A stretch of 64,000 nt of DNA from Escherichia phage RB3: sequence record KM606994. One strand, given 5' to 3'. Each line of letters begins with the position of its first letter. Within the stretch, counting starts at the first letter, position 1. The translations under genes and the position numbers were made by a program. A model generated the notes under the pieces. That model had not been told where the DNA came from. It searched no databases and was given only the letters and a program-made list of their open reading frames with translations. This document shows, piece after piece, positions 37,049 through 46,806 of this stretch.

Positions 37049-38614
37049 ATGACTATCAAAACTAAAGCTGAACTTTTGAACAAATGGAAGCCATTACTGG
37101 AAGGTGAAGGTTTACCGGAAATTGCTAATAGCAAACAAGCGATTATCGCTAAAATCTTTGAAAACCAGGAAAAAGATTTCCAGACAGCTCCAGAATACAA
37201 AGACGAAAAAATTGCTCAGGCATTTGGTTCTTTCTTAACAGAAGCTGAAATCGGTGGTGACCACGGTTACAATGCTACTAACATCGCTGCAGGTCAGACT
37301 TCTGGCGCAGTAACTCAGATTGGCCCAGCTGTTATGGGTATGGTACGTCGTGCTATTCCTAACCTGATTGCTTTCGATATTTGTGGTGTTCAGCCGATGA
37401 ACAGACCGACTGGCCAGGTATTCGCACTGCGTGCAGTATATGGTAAAGATCCGGTGGCTGCTGGTGCTAAAGAAGCTTTCCACCCAATGTATGGTCCAGA
37501 TGCAATGTTCTCTGGTCAGGGTGCTGCTAAGAAATTCCCAGCTCTGGCTGCTAGCACACAAACCGTTGTAGGTGATATCTATACTCACTTCTTCCAGGAA
37601 ACTGGTACTGTGTATCTGCAAGCTTCCGCTGTAGTAACAATCGATGCTGGTGCGACTGATGCTGCTAAATTAGATGCTGAAATTAAGAAACAAATGGAAG
37701 CTGGTGCACTGGTAGAAATCGCTGAAGGTATGGCTACTTCTATCGCTGAACTCCAGGAAGGTTTCAACGGTTCTACCGATAACCCATGGAATGAAATGGG
37801 CTTCCGTATCGATAAGCAAGTTATTGAAGCTAAATCTCGCCAGCTGAAAGCTGCTTACTCTATCGAATTAGCACAGGACCTCCGCGCTGTTCACGGTATG
37901 GATGCTGATGCTGAACTGTCCAGTATTCTGGCTACAGAAATCATGCTGGAAATCAACCGTGAAGTTGTTGATTGGATTAACTACTCAGCTCAGGTTGGTA
38001 AATCTGGTATGACCCTGACTCCGGGTTCTAAAGCTGGTGTATTTGACTTCCAGGATCCAATCGATATTCGTGGTGCTCGCTGGGCAGGTGAATCCTTTAA
38101 AGCTCTGTTGTTCCAGATTGACAAAGAAGCAGTTGAAATTGCTCGTCAGACTGGTCGTGGTGAAGGTAACTTCATTATCGCTTCCCGTAACGTAGTTAAC
38201 GTTCTGGCTTCAGTTGATACCGGAATTTCTTATGCTGCACAGGGTCTGGCTACCGGCTTTAACACTGATACTACCAAGTCAGTATTTGCTGGTGTTCTGG
38301 GTGGTAAATACCGTGTATATATCGACCAGTATGCTAAACAGGATTATTTCACTGTAGGTTATAAAGGTCCGAACGAAATGGATGCTGGTATTTACTACGC
38401 TCCATATGTAGCTCTGACTCCGCTGCGTGGTTCCGATCCGAAGAACTTCCAACCGGTAATGGGATTCAAAACTCGTTACGGTATCGGTATCAACCCATTT
38501 GCAGAATCCGCTGCTCAGGCTCCGGCTTCTCGCATCCAGAGCGGTATGCCTTCTATTCTGAATAGCCTTGGTAAAAACGCTTACTTCCGCCGTGTATATG
38601 TTAAAGGTATCTAA
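37049..38614 (+). CDS. 23: gp23 major capsid protein
   Basis: 521 aa, T4 length; strongly biased codon usage typical of a highly expressed gene. Confidence 0.95.
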   Translation: MTIKTKAELLNKWKPLLEGEGLPEIANSKQAIIAKIFENQEKDFQTAPEYKDEKIAQAFGSFLTEAEIGGDHGYNATNIAAGQTSGAVTQIGPAVMGMVRRAIPNLIAFDICGVQPMNRPTGQVFALRAVYGKDPVAAGAKEAFHPMYGPDAMFSGQGAAKKFPALAASTQTVVGDIYTHFFQETGTVYLQASAVVTIDAGATDAAKLDAEIKKQMEAGALVEIAEGMATSIAELQEGFNGSTDNPWNEMGFRIDKQVIEAKSRQLKAAYSIELAQDLRAVHGMDADAELSSILATEIMLEINREVVDWINYSAQVGKSGMTLTPGSKAGVFDFQDPIDIRGARWAGESFKALLFQIDKEAVEIARQTGRGEGNFIIASRNVVNVLASVDTGISYAAQGLATGFNTDTTKSVFAGVLGGKYRVYIDQYAKQDYFTVGYKGPNEMDAGIYYAPYVALTPLRGSDPKNFQPVMGFKTRYGIGINPFAESAAQAPASRIQSGMPSILNSLGKNAYFRRVYVKGI

Positions 38615-38629
38615 TCTTTGACGATTTAA

Positions 38630-38645
38630 GGGACCTTCGGGTCCC
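38630..38645 (+). terminator. terminator hairpin after gene 23 (GGGACC-TTCG-GGTCCC)
   Basis: Perfect hairpin followed by TTTAG. Confidence 0.5.
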
Positions 38646-38662
38646 TTTAGTTGTTTTTATGG

Positions 38663-38670
38663 TATAAATA
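38663..38670 (+). promoter_or_regulatory. late promoter TATAAATA for gene 24
   Basis: Exact consensus 28 nt upstream of gene 24 ATG. Confidence 0.6.
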
Positions 38671-38697
38671 AATCATATAAACCAAAAGGAAAGCGCA

Positions 38698-39981
38698 ATG
38701 GCTAAAATCAACGAACTTCTGCGCGAATCAACCACAACGAATAGCAACTCAATCGGTCGCCCAAATCTCGTTGCTTTGACTCGCGCTACCACTAAATTAA
38801 TATATTCTGACATTGTAGCAACGCAAAGAACTAATCAACCTGTTGCTGCTTTTTATGGTATCAAATACCTTAACCCAGACAATGAATTTACATTTAAAAC
38901 TGGTGCTACTTATGCTGGCGAAGCTGGATATGTAGACCGAGAACAAATCACAGAATTAACAGAAGAGTCTAAATTAACTCTCAATAAAGGCGATTTATTC
39001 AAATATAATAACATCGTTTATAAAGTATTAGAAGATACACCATTTGCTGATATTGAAGAAAGCGATTTAGAATTAGCTCTTCAGATTGCAATTGTTCTTT
39101 TAAAGGTTCGTCTATTTTCTGACGCAGCGTCAACAAGCAAATTTGAAAGCTCTGATAGCGAAATTGCGGATGCTAGATTCCAGATTAATAAATGGCAAAC
39201 CGCAGTTAAATCTCGTAAACTTAAAACTGGCATCACAGTTGAATTAGCGCAAGATTTAGAAGCAAACGGATTCGATGCTCCTAATTTCTTGGAAGATTTG
39301 CTTGCAACTGAAATGGCAGATGAAATCAATAAAGATATTCTGCAGTCTTTGATTACAGTATCAAAACGTTATAAAGTTACAGGAATTACTGATACTGGAT
39401 TCATTGATTTGAGTTATGCATCTGCACCTGAAGCTGGTCGTTCATTATACCGAATGGTATGTGAAATGGTTTCGCATATCCAAAAAGAATCAACTTATAC
39501 AGCAACGTTCTGTGTTGCTTCAGCTCGTGCTGCTGCGATTCTTGCTGCATCAGGTTGGTTAAAACATAAACCAGAAGATGATAAATATCTTTCACAAAAT
39601 GCCTATGGGTTCTTAGCTAATGGTTTACCGCTTTATTGCGATACTAACAGCCCATTAGATTATGTAATCGTTGGCGTAGTAGAAAATATCGGTGAAAAAG
39701 AAATTGTTGGATCAATTTTCTATGCTCCGTATACAGAAGGTCTCGACTTAGATGACCCTGAACATGTAGGTGCATTTAAAGTTGTTGTTGATCCAGAAAG
39801 CTTACAACCGTCTATCGGTTTATTAGTTAGATATGCTTTATCAGCAAATCCTTATACCGTAGCAAAAGATGAAAAAGAAGCAAGAATAATTGACGGTGGA
39901 GACATGGATAAAATGGCGGGTCGTTCAGATTTGTCTGTTTTATTAGGTGTTAAATTACCAAAAATTATTATTGATGAATAA
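38698..39981 (+). CDS. 24: gp24 capsid vertex protein
   Basis: 427 aa, T4 length; gp23-like fold expected. Confidence 0.9.
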   Translation: MAKINELLRESTTTNSNSIGRPNLVALTRATTKLIYSDIVATQRTNQPVAAFYGIKYLNPDNEFTFKTGATYAGEAGYVDREQITELTEESKLTLNKGDLFKYNNIVYKVLEDTPFADIEESDLELALQIAIVLLKVRLFSDAASTSKFESSDSEIADARFQINKWQTAVKSRKLKTGITVELAQDLEANGFDAPNFLEDLLATEMADEINKDILQSLITVSKRYKVTGITDTGFIDLSYASAPEAGRSLYRMVCEMVSHIQKESTYTATFCVASARAAAILAASGWLKHKPEDDKYLSQNAYGFLANGLPLYCDTNSPLDYVIVGVVENIGEKEIVGSIFYAPYTEGLDLDDPEHVGAFKVVVDPESLQPSIGLLVRYALSANPYTVAKDEKEARIIDGGDMDKMAGRSDLSVLLGVKLPKIIIDE

Positions 39982-39984
39982 AGC

Positions 39985-40006
39985 AAAGGGACCGAAAGGT
40001 CCCTTT
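39985..40006. terminator. bidirectional terminator between gene 24 and rnlB
   Basis: Hairpin AAAGGGACC-GAAA-GGTCCCTTT with T/A runs on both sides, between convergent genes. Confidence 0.6.
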
Positions 40007-40010
40007 TTAT

Positions 40011-41015
40011 TTAGCTCACCAACTCAATCCAAGCTGGACGAAGTACATCTTGTACCATTTTAACTAATTCCTTTTTAATCAAAGAAGGATTATCTGCTTG
40101 AGTTAGAGTAATACCTTCACGAGAAGTTTCTTCCAAAATATCTTGAACAGTTAGCCCCATCACCTTTCCAAAATCTTTAGGACCAATTTCGCCAATTTTA
40201 GAAATAACGTTATTTACTCGGTTCAGTGTAACGTAACAAGCTAAAATTCCCACCAATTTGTTATCAGCTTCTGATAGTTCAACTTTAGCTTTAATAGGCT
40301 TATCAGACTTTTTCTTTTCACTAAATTTGGAATTCTTGCATTTAATCGCTACACGATTTCCATTACGAAGCCAAGAAGGATAACAAGGTTTCAATACATA
40401 TCCTTCAGCGGTAAATACTTCGCCTTTTGCTTCGGCATTCCAAACGCATTTATTTGCATCAACTAATCCAGCATGGTCTACTGTAAAATTATAATCTTGG
40501 ACGACAGAATCTAAATCATTTGGCAATTTAATAAGCTCTTCAAATTTACCGCGACCTAAAAGTGGAGCCATTTTAAATTTAAATGTATTGCAGAATGATT
40601 CCATCATATAATCATCGACATAAGTCACATCACCACTTTCTGTAGTAACAATAATGTCAAATACATAAAAATCTTTATCGCCATAATCAACATTCTTCTG
40701 AATGCCAGGTCCAGCGAATTCGCCAAAGACTTGATAAGATACAACTGCTGAAGTTTCCATAATATCTTGTACTGCTTTAATGGAATCAGCGTAATTCTTT
40801 AAAATAATTTCATACCCAAAGAAATCTTCAGCAGGAAGAATAGGACCAGTACGTTTAGCGCAAGTTACTTTATCACGCTCAATAATCAATGAGAAATTTG
40901 TGCCGTGAATTTTTTCACGAGCTACCCATTCGCCGCCAGTCAATCCCAGGCTATAAAGTTTTTCAATAAATTTAGAGTTGTAATGATTTTCAAGACTGCT
41001 ATACTTTTTAAACAT
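40011..41015 (-). CDS. rnlB: RNA ligase 2
   Basis: 334 aa; nucleotidyltransferase lysine motif KIHGTNFS; T4 position after gene 24. Confidence 0.9.
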   Translation of the reverse strand: MFKKYSSLENHYNSKFIEKLYSLGLTGGEWVAREKIHGTNFSLIIERDKVTCAKRTGPILPAEDFFGYEIILKNYADSIKAVQDIMETSAVVSYQVFGEFAGPGIQKNVDYGDKDFYVFDIIVTTESGDVTYVDDYMMESFCNTFKFKMAPLLGRGKFEELIKLPNDLDSVVQDYNFTVDHAGLVDANKCVWNAEAKGEVFTAEGYVLKPCYPSWLRNGNRVAIKCKNSKFSEKKKSDKPIKAKVELSEADNKLVGILACYVTLNRVNNVISKIGEIGPKDFGKVMGLTVQDILEETSREGITLTQADNPSLIKKELVKMVQDVLRPAWIELVS

Positions 41016-41024
41016 AATTAATCC

Positions 41025-41303
41025 TCAAAATGTAATTTCTAACCAATCACCATCACGCTGATCACTATTGACTTTAAAGCTAAATCCTTCTTTTCTCAGC
41101 CAATCACCAATTTCTTCAGTAATCAATTTATCACGAGCAATACAATAATAATTAAAATGTGTTTTACCTTGTTCAGCTGCTTTATTAGCAAGTTCCGAAA
41201 AATCTTTAATAAAACACTCTAGCTTAAACTGTTTACTTTTAAATGCTTTTTCGCGTAATTGATTAGCAAAAGATTCATTTTCATAAAGATCATACTGTTC
41301 CAT
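41025..41303 (-). CDS. hypothetical protein (24.2-like position)
   Basis: 92-aa ORF between rnlB and hoc. Confidence 0.5.
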   Translation of the reverse strand: MEQYDLYENESFANQLREKAFKSKQFKLECFIKDFSELANKAAEQGKTHFNYYCIARDKLITEEIGDWLRKEGFSFKVNSDQRDGDWLEITF

Positions 41304-41505
41304 TTTTCACCTTTTTATTGATATGTCTTTTTCTATAGACAACTTTTTCTCGAGTTTCAAATTTATTCTTAGCAGTCATAGCTCGAGCCCATAATACAGC
41401 CACTTCTTTTGCCTGCAAGTTTAATTCACGAGCAATTTCAATGAATGACTTTCCAGACTCATGAAGAGTAAACACCACAATCTCAGTTCTCATAATCAAT
41501 CTCAT
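41290..41505 (-). CDS. small protein with possible helix-turn-helix (24.3-like position)
   Basis: 71 aa; segment SGKSFIEIARELNLQAKEVAVLW resembles an HTH. Confidence 0.45.
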   Translation of the reverse strand: MRLIMRTEIVVFTLHESGKSFIEIARELNLQAKEVAVLWARAMTAKNKFETREKVVYRKRHINKKVKNGTV

Positions 41506-41573
41506 GTTATCGAGTTGGTGCCATTATATACATCATTTTCTGATTGTGTTTTTGTGTGCTTTCAAAATGAAGA

Positions 41574-41591
41574 AAGGGGCCGAAGCCCCTT
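41574..41591 (-). terminator. GC hairpin after hoc (AAGGGGCC-GAAG-GGCCCCTT)
   Basis: Perfect hairpin directly after hoc stop, followed by TTTCTTCATTTT on minus strand. Confidence 0.5.
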
Positions 41592-41595
41592 ATGA

Positions 41596-42726
41596 TTATG
41601 GATAGGTATAGATGATACCAGTTTCTAAAGCAGTTTTGTGAATGATGTATCCATTACGCGATTCTTGGACATCAACTTCTGGATAATCTTTCATCATCTT
41701 CTGAAGAGTGTAACGATGCAGGTAGTATTTACTATCTGGATCTTCAGTTTTCCAATCTTTACCTTCTTCAGTCATTTTTTGGATTTCATCCATAACCCAC
41801 CAACCGCACCAGATGTAAGCTGAAGTACGATGTGGAAGAGGATGAACATAAGGTAATTCACCTTCTGGTTCCGGAGCAACTTTATCAGTTACCTGAACTT
41901 GACCTTCTGCCGTAATAGTTTTGCTATCATAATCAGCAGCAGTAACAGTTGCAGTAACTTCAATAGTTTGACTTCCAATAGATGAGGTATCAACGGTATA
42001 TACATTAGTTGACCCTTCTACAGGAGAAGAATCTTTCTTCCATGAATACGCAATTTGCGCTTCTTCTGGAGCATTAGTGACATTAGCGGTAAATGTAGCC
42101 GAAGCATCTTGCTGCACGTTAATAGAAGGAGGAGTCAATGTAACCTGTGGATTCATTGTCTTCTTATTAACCGTTAATGATACTTCATTCGAAGTAACTT
42201 CCTTTTCATTGTAATTTTCAGCAGTTACTTGGGCTACGCATTTAATTCTTTTTACTCCACTTGTAGTTGGAGTATAGCTAAATGTAGAGTTAGTTTCTCC
42301 ACCAACTTGTGAATCATCTACATACCACTGATACGTAGCAGACGCTCCAACGGGTTGAGAAGCTAAGGCAGCAGTAAATTGAACTGGGGTTCCAATTACT
42401 CCAGCTGAAGGACTATCAGGAGTTACTGCCAAGGTAGTTGTCTGTGTCTTATTTTGAACTGTGATAGTTGTACTAATTTCAGCTGTTTCAGCTTCAGAAT
42501 CAGGAATAGTATTTGTTGCAACTACCTTAATAGTTTTTTGACCAGCAGGTCCTTTTAATACATAATCAAAAGTTGCTGCTGATCCTTCTTGGGGAGCATT
42601 ATCTACGCTCCAAGCATAGGTAATAGTTCCACCTCCAGTTTCACCACTGGGTGTAGCAGTAAACTGCTTGGTTTCATCAATAACCCCTGTTGGTGTTTTA
42701 GGAGTTATATCAACTGTAAAAGCCAT
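41596..42726 (-). CDS. hoc: Hoc outer capsid protein, Ig-like domains
   Basis: 376 aa, T4 length; repeated Thr/Val-rich Ig-like modules. Confidence 0.9.
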   Translation of the reverse strand: MAFTVDITPKTPTGVIDETKQFTATPSGETGGGTITYAWSVDNAPQEGSAATFDYVLKGPAGQKTIKVVATNTIPDSEAETAEISTTITVQNKTQTTTLAVTPDSPSAGVIGTPVQFTAALASQPVGASATYQWYVDDSQVGGETNSTFSYTPTTSGVKRIKCVAQVTAENYNEKEVTSNEVSLTVNKKTMNPQVTLTPPSINVQQDASATFTANVTNAPEEAQIAYSWKKDSSPVEGSTNVYTVDTSSIGSQTIEVTATVTAADYDSKTITAEGQVQVTDKVAPEPEGELPYVHPLPHRTSAYIWCGWWVMDEIQKMTEEGKDWKTEDPDSKYYLHRYTLQKMMKDYPEVDVQESRNGYIIHKTALETGIIYTYP

Positions 42727-42735
42727 AAGTTATCC

Positions 42736-43416
42736 TTATTTTAATGTTACGAAAGAAGAATTGCGTGTTTCACGAATTAGAACTGATCCATCACGATTAA
42801 TGTAGTAAATTAAGCTAAATAAAGTTTGGTGTGCCGACGCGTGTTCAAAACTAGTTGGGTGAGATTTCCAATCCGGAGTTTCAGCAATCCACTGGTAAAT
42901 CCACCAAGGAACCGTGCAGAATCCTGGATTTTTTCCAATCAGCTGAAGATTCGGACTAAAGTTTTCCGGAAGAGTAAATACAGACGGCTTTTCAGATTCA
43001 ACAATCTCAGCTACAGCCTGTTCGAATTTTTCTTCAACAAAAGGAGTATCTTCAATCAAAACTGAGGTATTTTCAGGAATTTTATCCGTTTCTACTACTT
43101 CAATTTTAATGTCAGATTTAACCGGAGAATCAATCAGAAGTGCTGCTTCTGGATTGACTTCTTCATCGTCATATTTTAATCCCTCTGCGGCATCAGCAGC
43201 ATCAATTAGGTCTTTAATAGATAACCCATCAGTCTCAGGCATAGGTTCACTAGCGAGCTTCTGGAGGGCTTCTTCAATATCAACAACGATATTATCAAAA
43301 GATTTATTCTTTTTGACCTTTATACCAAACTGTTCAGCATATTCAGCTAATTTAGCTTTAGCTTCTTTATTATCATCAAGAGCCTTCAGCTCTGCAATAT
43401 AATCTTTATCTATCAT
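42736..43416 (-). CDS. inh: Inh inhibitor of prohead protease
   Basis: 226 aa, T4 length and position next to hoc. Confidence 0.8.
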   Translation of the reverse strand: MIDKDYIAELKALDDNKEAKAKLAEYAEQFGIKVKKNKSFDNIVVDIEEALQKLASEPMPETDGLSIKDLIDAADAAEGLKYDDEEVNPEAALLIDSPVKSDIKIEVVETDKIPENTSVLIEDTPFVEEKFEQAVAEIVESEKPSVFTLPENFSPNLQLIGKNPGFCTVPWWIYQWIAETPDWKSHPTSFEHASAHQTLFSLIYYINRDGSVLIRETRNSSFVTLK

Positions 43417-43429
43417 AATATTTCCTCAG

Positions 43430-43437
43430 TATAAATA
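43430..43437 (+). promoter_or_regulatory. late promoter motif TATAAATA upstream of SegE-like gene
   Basis: Exact consensus 28 nt upstream of ORF start. Confidence 0.45.
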
Positions 43438-43465
43438 TAGATATATTTATTACTCGGAAAATAGT

Positions 43466-44083
43466 ATGTACCACTTTGTATATGAAACAACAAATCTAAT
43501 AAATGGTAAAAAGTATATAGGAAAACACTCTACTGATGACTTGAATGATGGTTACCTTGGTTCCGGTAAGGCAATTCAGCAGGCTATAAAGAAATATGGT
43601 GAAAACAATTTCTCTAGAACAATACTAAAAGAGTTTAAAACTTCCGAAGAAGCGTACATGTATGAAGAAGAAATTATAACTCCTGAACTAATAAAAAGCA
43701 AAAATTATTATAATATGAAACCTGGTGGAATTGGTGGAATTGTTATGACTACAGAGGTTATAGCAAAGATGAAAGAATCTTCCGCTAAAAGATTTGAAAA
43801 CTCACCAGGCACGGTATTAGGTAAAACTTGTTACACTAATGGAACTAAAAATATTTTTATTAAACCTGGAGAACTTGTTCCAGAAGGATTTGTAAAAGGG
43901 ATGGTTCATCCTAATAGAAAGTCCAGAAAAGGATGTAAAGTCAAACCGACTACCACAGGAACTTTTTGGGTCAATAATGGCGCAATAAATAAATTAATAC
44001 AACCAGACGGTATTATTCCCGACGGATTTATTAAAGGTCGTCTCATGAAAAGAGATTCTAAAGGCAAATTTAGTAAGGCATAA
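43466..44083 (+). CDS. segE: GIY-YIG homing endonuclease, SegE-like
   Basis: 205 aa; N-terminal VYETTNL...GKKYIGKH GIY-YIG motif, downstream conserved Arg, Glu and Asn (YYNMKPGG); location upstream of uvsW as recalled for T4 segE. Confidence 0.7.
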   Translation: MYHFVYETTNLINGKKYIGKHSTDDLNDGYLGSGKAIQQAIKKYGENNFSRTILKEFKTSEEAYMYEEEIITPELIKSKNYYNMKPGGIGGIVMTTEVIAKMKESSAKRFENSPGTVLGKTCYTNGTKNIFIKPGELVPEGFVKGMVHPNRKSRKGCKVKPTTTGTFWVNNGAINKLIQPDGIIPDGFIKGRLMKRDSKGKFSKA

Positions 44084-44085
44084 TT

Positions 44086-45594
44086 ATGGATATTAAAGTA
44101 CATTTTCACGACTTCAGTCATGTACGCATCGATTGTGAAGAGAGCACGTTCCACGAATTAAGAGATTTCTTTTCGTTTGAGGCCGATGGATATAGATTTA
44201 ACCCTCGCTTCAGATATGGCAACTGGGATGGACGAATCCGTCTGTTAGATTATAATCGTCTTCTTCCATTCGGCTTAGTCGGGCAAATTAAAAAGTTCTG
44301 TGATAACTTTGGCTATAAAGCTTGGATTGACCCGCAAATTAACGAAAAAGAAGAATTATCAAGAAAAGATTTTGATGAATGGCTTTCTAAATTAGAAATC
44401 TATTCAGGAAATAAAAGAATTGAACCGCACTGGTATCAAAAAGATGCAGTGTTCGAAGGATTAGTTAATCGTCGTAGAATTCTTAATCTTCCAACATCTG
44501 CAGGTAAATCTTTAATTCAAGCTTTGCTTGCGCGATATTATTTGGAAAATTATGAAGGTAAAATTCTTATCATTGTTCCAACAACTGCTTTAACAACTCA
44601 GATGGCTGATGACTTCGTTGACTATCGTTTATTCAGTCATGCAATGATAAAGAAAATCGGCGGCGGAGCATCAAAAGATGATAAATATAAAAATGATGCA
44701 CCAGTCGTTGTTGGTACATGGCAAACTGTAGTAAAACAACCAAAAGAATGGTTCTCACAATTTGGAATGATGATGAATGATGAATGTCATCTTGCTACAG
44801 GAAAAAGTATTTCATCTATCATATCAGGTTTAAATAACTGCATGTTCAAATTTGGTCTATCGGGTTCATTACGTGATGGCAAAGCCAATATCATGCAGTA
44901 TGTTGGAATGTTTGGTGAAATATTTAAACCAGTAACGACTTCTAAATTAATGGAAGATGGACAAGTAACTGAGCTAAAAATTAATAGTATTTTTCTTCGC
45001 TATCCCGATGAGTTCACTACTAAATTAAAGGGAAAAACTTACCAAGAAGAAATAAAAATTATTACTGGGCTTAGTAAAAGAAATAAATGGATCGCTAAAT
45101 TAGCTATTAAGCTTGCACAAAAAGATGAAAACGCTTTTGTCATGTTTAAACATGTATCGCATGGTAAAGCTATTTTCGATTTAATTAAAAATGAATACGA
45201 TAAAGTTTATTACGTATCAGGGGAAGTTGATACCGAAACCCGCAACGTAATGAAAACCTTAGCTGAAAATGGTAAAGGAATAATTATAGTAGCTAGTTAT
45301 GGTGTATTTTCTACTGGTATTTCAGTTAAAAATCTGCATCACGTTGTTTTAGCGCACGGTGTTAAATCTAAAATTATTGTATTGCAAACAATCGGTCGTG
45401 TATTACGTAAGCATGGTTCTAAAACAATCGCAACAGTCTGGGACCTCATAGATGATTGTGGTGTTAAGCCAAAATCTGCTAATACTAAAAAGAAATATGT
45501 TCATTTGAACTATCTTTTAAAACACGGCATTGATCGTATTCAGCGCTACGCAGATGAAAAATTTAATTACGTAATGAAAACAGTTAATTTATAA
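44086..45594 (+). CDS. uvsW: UvsW RNA-DNA and DNA-DNA helicase
   Basis: 502 aa; Walker A PTSAGKS and DECH box NDECHLAT. Confidence 0.9.
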   Translation: MDIKVHFHDFSHVRIDCEESTFHELRDFFSFEADGYRFNPRFRYGNWDGRIRLLDYNRLLPFGLVGQIKKFCDNFGYKAWIDPQINEKEELSRKDFDEWLSKLEIYSGNKRIEPHWYQKDAVFEGLVNRRRILNLPTSAGKSLIQALLARYYLENYEGKILIIVPTTALTTQMADDFVDYRLFSHAMIKKIGGGASKDDKYKNDAPVVVGTWQTVVKQPKEWFSQFGMMMNDECHLATGKSISSIISGLNNCMFKFGLSGSLRDGKANIMQYVGMFGEIFKPVTTSKLMEDGQVTELKINSIFLRYPDEFTTKLKGKTYQEEIKIITGLSKRNKWIAKLAIKLAQKDENAFVMFKHVSHGKAIFDLIKNEYDKVYYVSGEVDTETRNVMKTLAENGKGIIIVASYGVFSTGISVKNLHHVVLAHGVKSKIIVLQTIGRVLRKHGSKTIATVWDLIDDCGVKPKSANTKKKYVHLNYLLKHGIDRIQRYADEKFNYVMKTVNL

Positions 45595-45619
45595 GGGCTT
45601 CGGCCCTTTGGAGAAAAAG

Positions 45620-45850
45620 ATGTTACTAGAATTTAAACAATTTCTTTATGAAGCTTCTATTGATGAATTTATGGGTAAAATTGCCTCTTGCCAAACATTA
45701 GAAGGTCTAGAAGAACTTGAAGCTTATTATAAGAAAAGAGTTAAAGAAACTGAATTAAAAGATACTGATGACATCTCTGTGAGAGATGCTTTGGCAGGAA
45801 AAAGAGCTGAATTAGAAGATTCAGACGATGAAGTAGAAGAAAGCTTTTAA
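45620..45850 (+). CDS. uvsW.1: UvsW.1
   Basis: ORF track start 45608 is TTG; ATG at 45620 gives 76 aa; follows hairpin GGGCTTCGGCCC. Confidence 0.75.
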   Translation: MLLEFKQFLYEASIDEFMGKIASCQTLEGLEELEAYYKKRVKETELKDTDDISVRDALAGKRAELEDSDDEVEESF

Positions 45851-45905
45851 ATTAAAAAAGGCCCAACCAAAAAGGAAGGGCCAAAACTATAGACTAAAGG
45901 TCACA

Positions 45906-46073
45906 CTATAGCAAAAGTTGTGTTTCATTTAATTGTTCTTCCGAACTTTCTGAAACTGGTAGTTCTTTAATGTAATTATAGCAAGGCCCAGGATGTACAG
46001 GACCTTTGTCTGTTTCAACAACCAATGCAGAATCGATTGGAGTTTTACAGACAACACAAATCTTATCTGACAT
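45906..46073 (-). CDS. small hypothetical protein (55 aa), below ORF-track cutoff
   Basis: ATG at 46073 with AGGAGA Shine-Dalgarno; sequence MSDKICVVCKTP...GPCYNY has three Cys; followed by hairpin and T-run on minus strand. Confidence 0.4.
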   Translation of the reverse strand: MSDKICVVCKTPIDSALVVETDKGPVHPGPCYNYIKELPVSESSEEQLNETQLLL

Positions 46074-46101
46074 GATTGTCTCCTCTGAATTATATATCTA
46101 T

Positions 46102-46326
46102 TTATACAACTCTCATATGCATATCAATGCCCATATCTTTAGAATAAAAATATTCATCAAGATATCCGGAAAATTTTCCTTTAATATAAAGGACATCTTC
46201 ACCACACGGGTGGTCGGCCAGGATACGAATATCCTGACGCTTAAGATTATGCTTTTTCATTAAGAATTGAATTTCCGTTTCAAATTCTTCTTCATAATTA
46301 AAAGCATCATCAATGCTATATCTCAT
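46102..46326 (-). CDS. hypothetical protein downstream of uvsY (uvsY.-2-like)
   Basis: 74-aa ORF; ATGA overlap with uvsY stop. Confidence 0.6.
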   Translation of the reverse strand: MRYSIDDAFNYEEEFETEIQFLMKKHNLKRQDIRILADHPCGEDVLYIKGKFSGYLDEYFYSKDMGIDMHMRVV

Positions 46327-46739
46327 TATTTTCCAGCCTCAAATGCTCGCATGTCTTGAATATGCTTAATAGCAAATCCACGTGATTTGATAGCATCAAG
46401 AGCTCCGCTACAGAAATCTAATAAAATTCCCCAATATTGTAATGAAGTATCAACCTTTAAAACATCCTTATCAGCTGATAGAACTGTCTTCATTTCTGAT
46501 TTCTCGTAACGATCCATACTAAATTCATCACCATCTCCTCGTCCCGAGTAGTAGTCTAATCTAGCTTTAAGAGCAACTTTTTTCTGTGCTTCAATTCTAA
46601 GCATTTCCTTTTTAATACTTGAATGCTTATTAAGCCATTTACTATATAACATCACATTATTAGCTGCTTCATACTGTAATTTAGTCGAATCTATAAACAC
46701 ATCTTTCTTCAATTCTTCTTGAAGATCTTCTAATCTCAT
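46326..46739 (-). CDS. uvsY: UvsY recombination mediator protein
   Basis: 137 aa, T4 length; between gene 25 and uvsW region. Confidence 0.9.
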   Translation of the reverse strand: MRLEDLQEELKKDVFIDSTKLQYEAANNVMLYSKWLNKHSSIKKEMLRIEAQKKVALKARLDYYSGRGDGDEFSMDRYEKSEMKTVLSADKDVLKVDTSLQYWGILLDFCSGALDAIKSRGFAIKHIQDMRAFEAGK

Positions 46740-46779
46740 ATTGTTCTCTATTCAATTGTTATTGGATGGACTTAGATTC

Positions 46780-46806
46780 ATTATACCACGTTTATACGTG
46801 AAGCAT
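46780..46806 (-). promoter_or_regulatory. MotA-dependent middle promoter candidate for uvsY
   Basis: Minus-strand MotA-box-like ATGCTTCA, 13-nt gap, then TATAAT. Confidence 0.45.
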
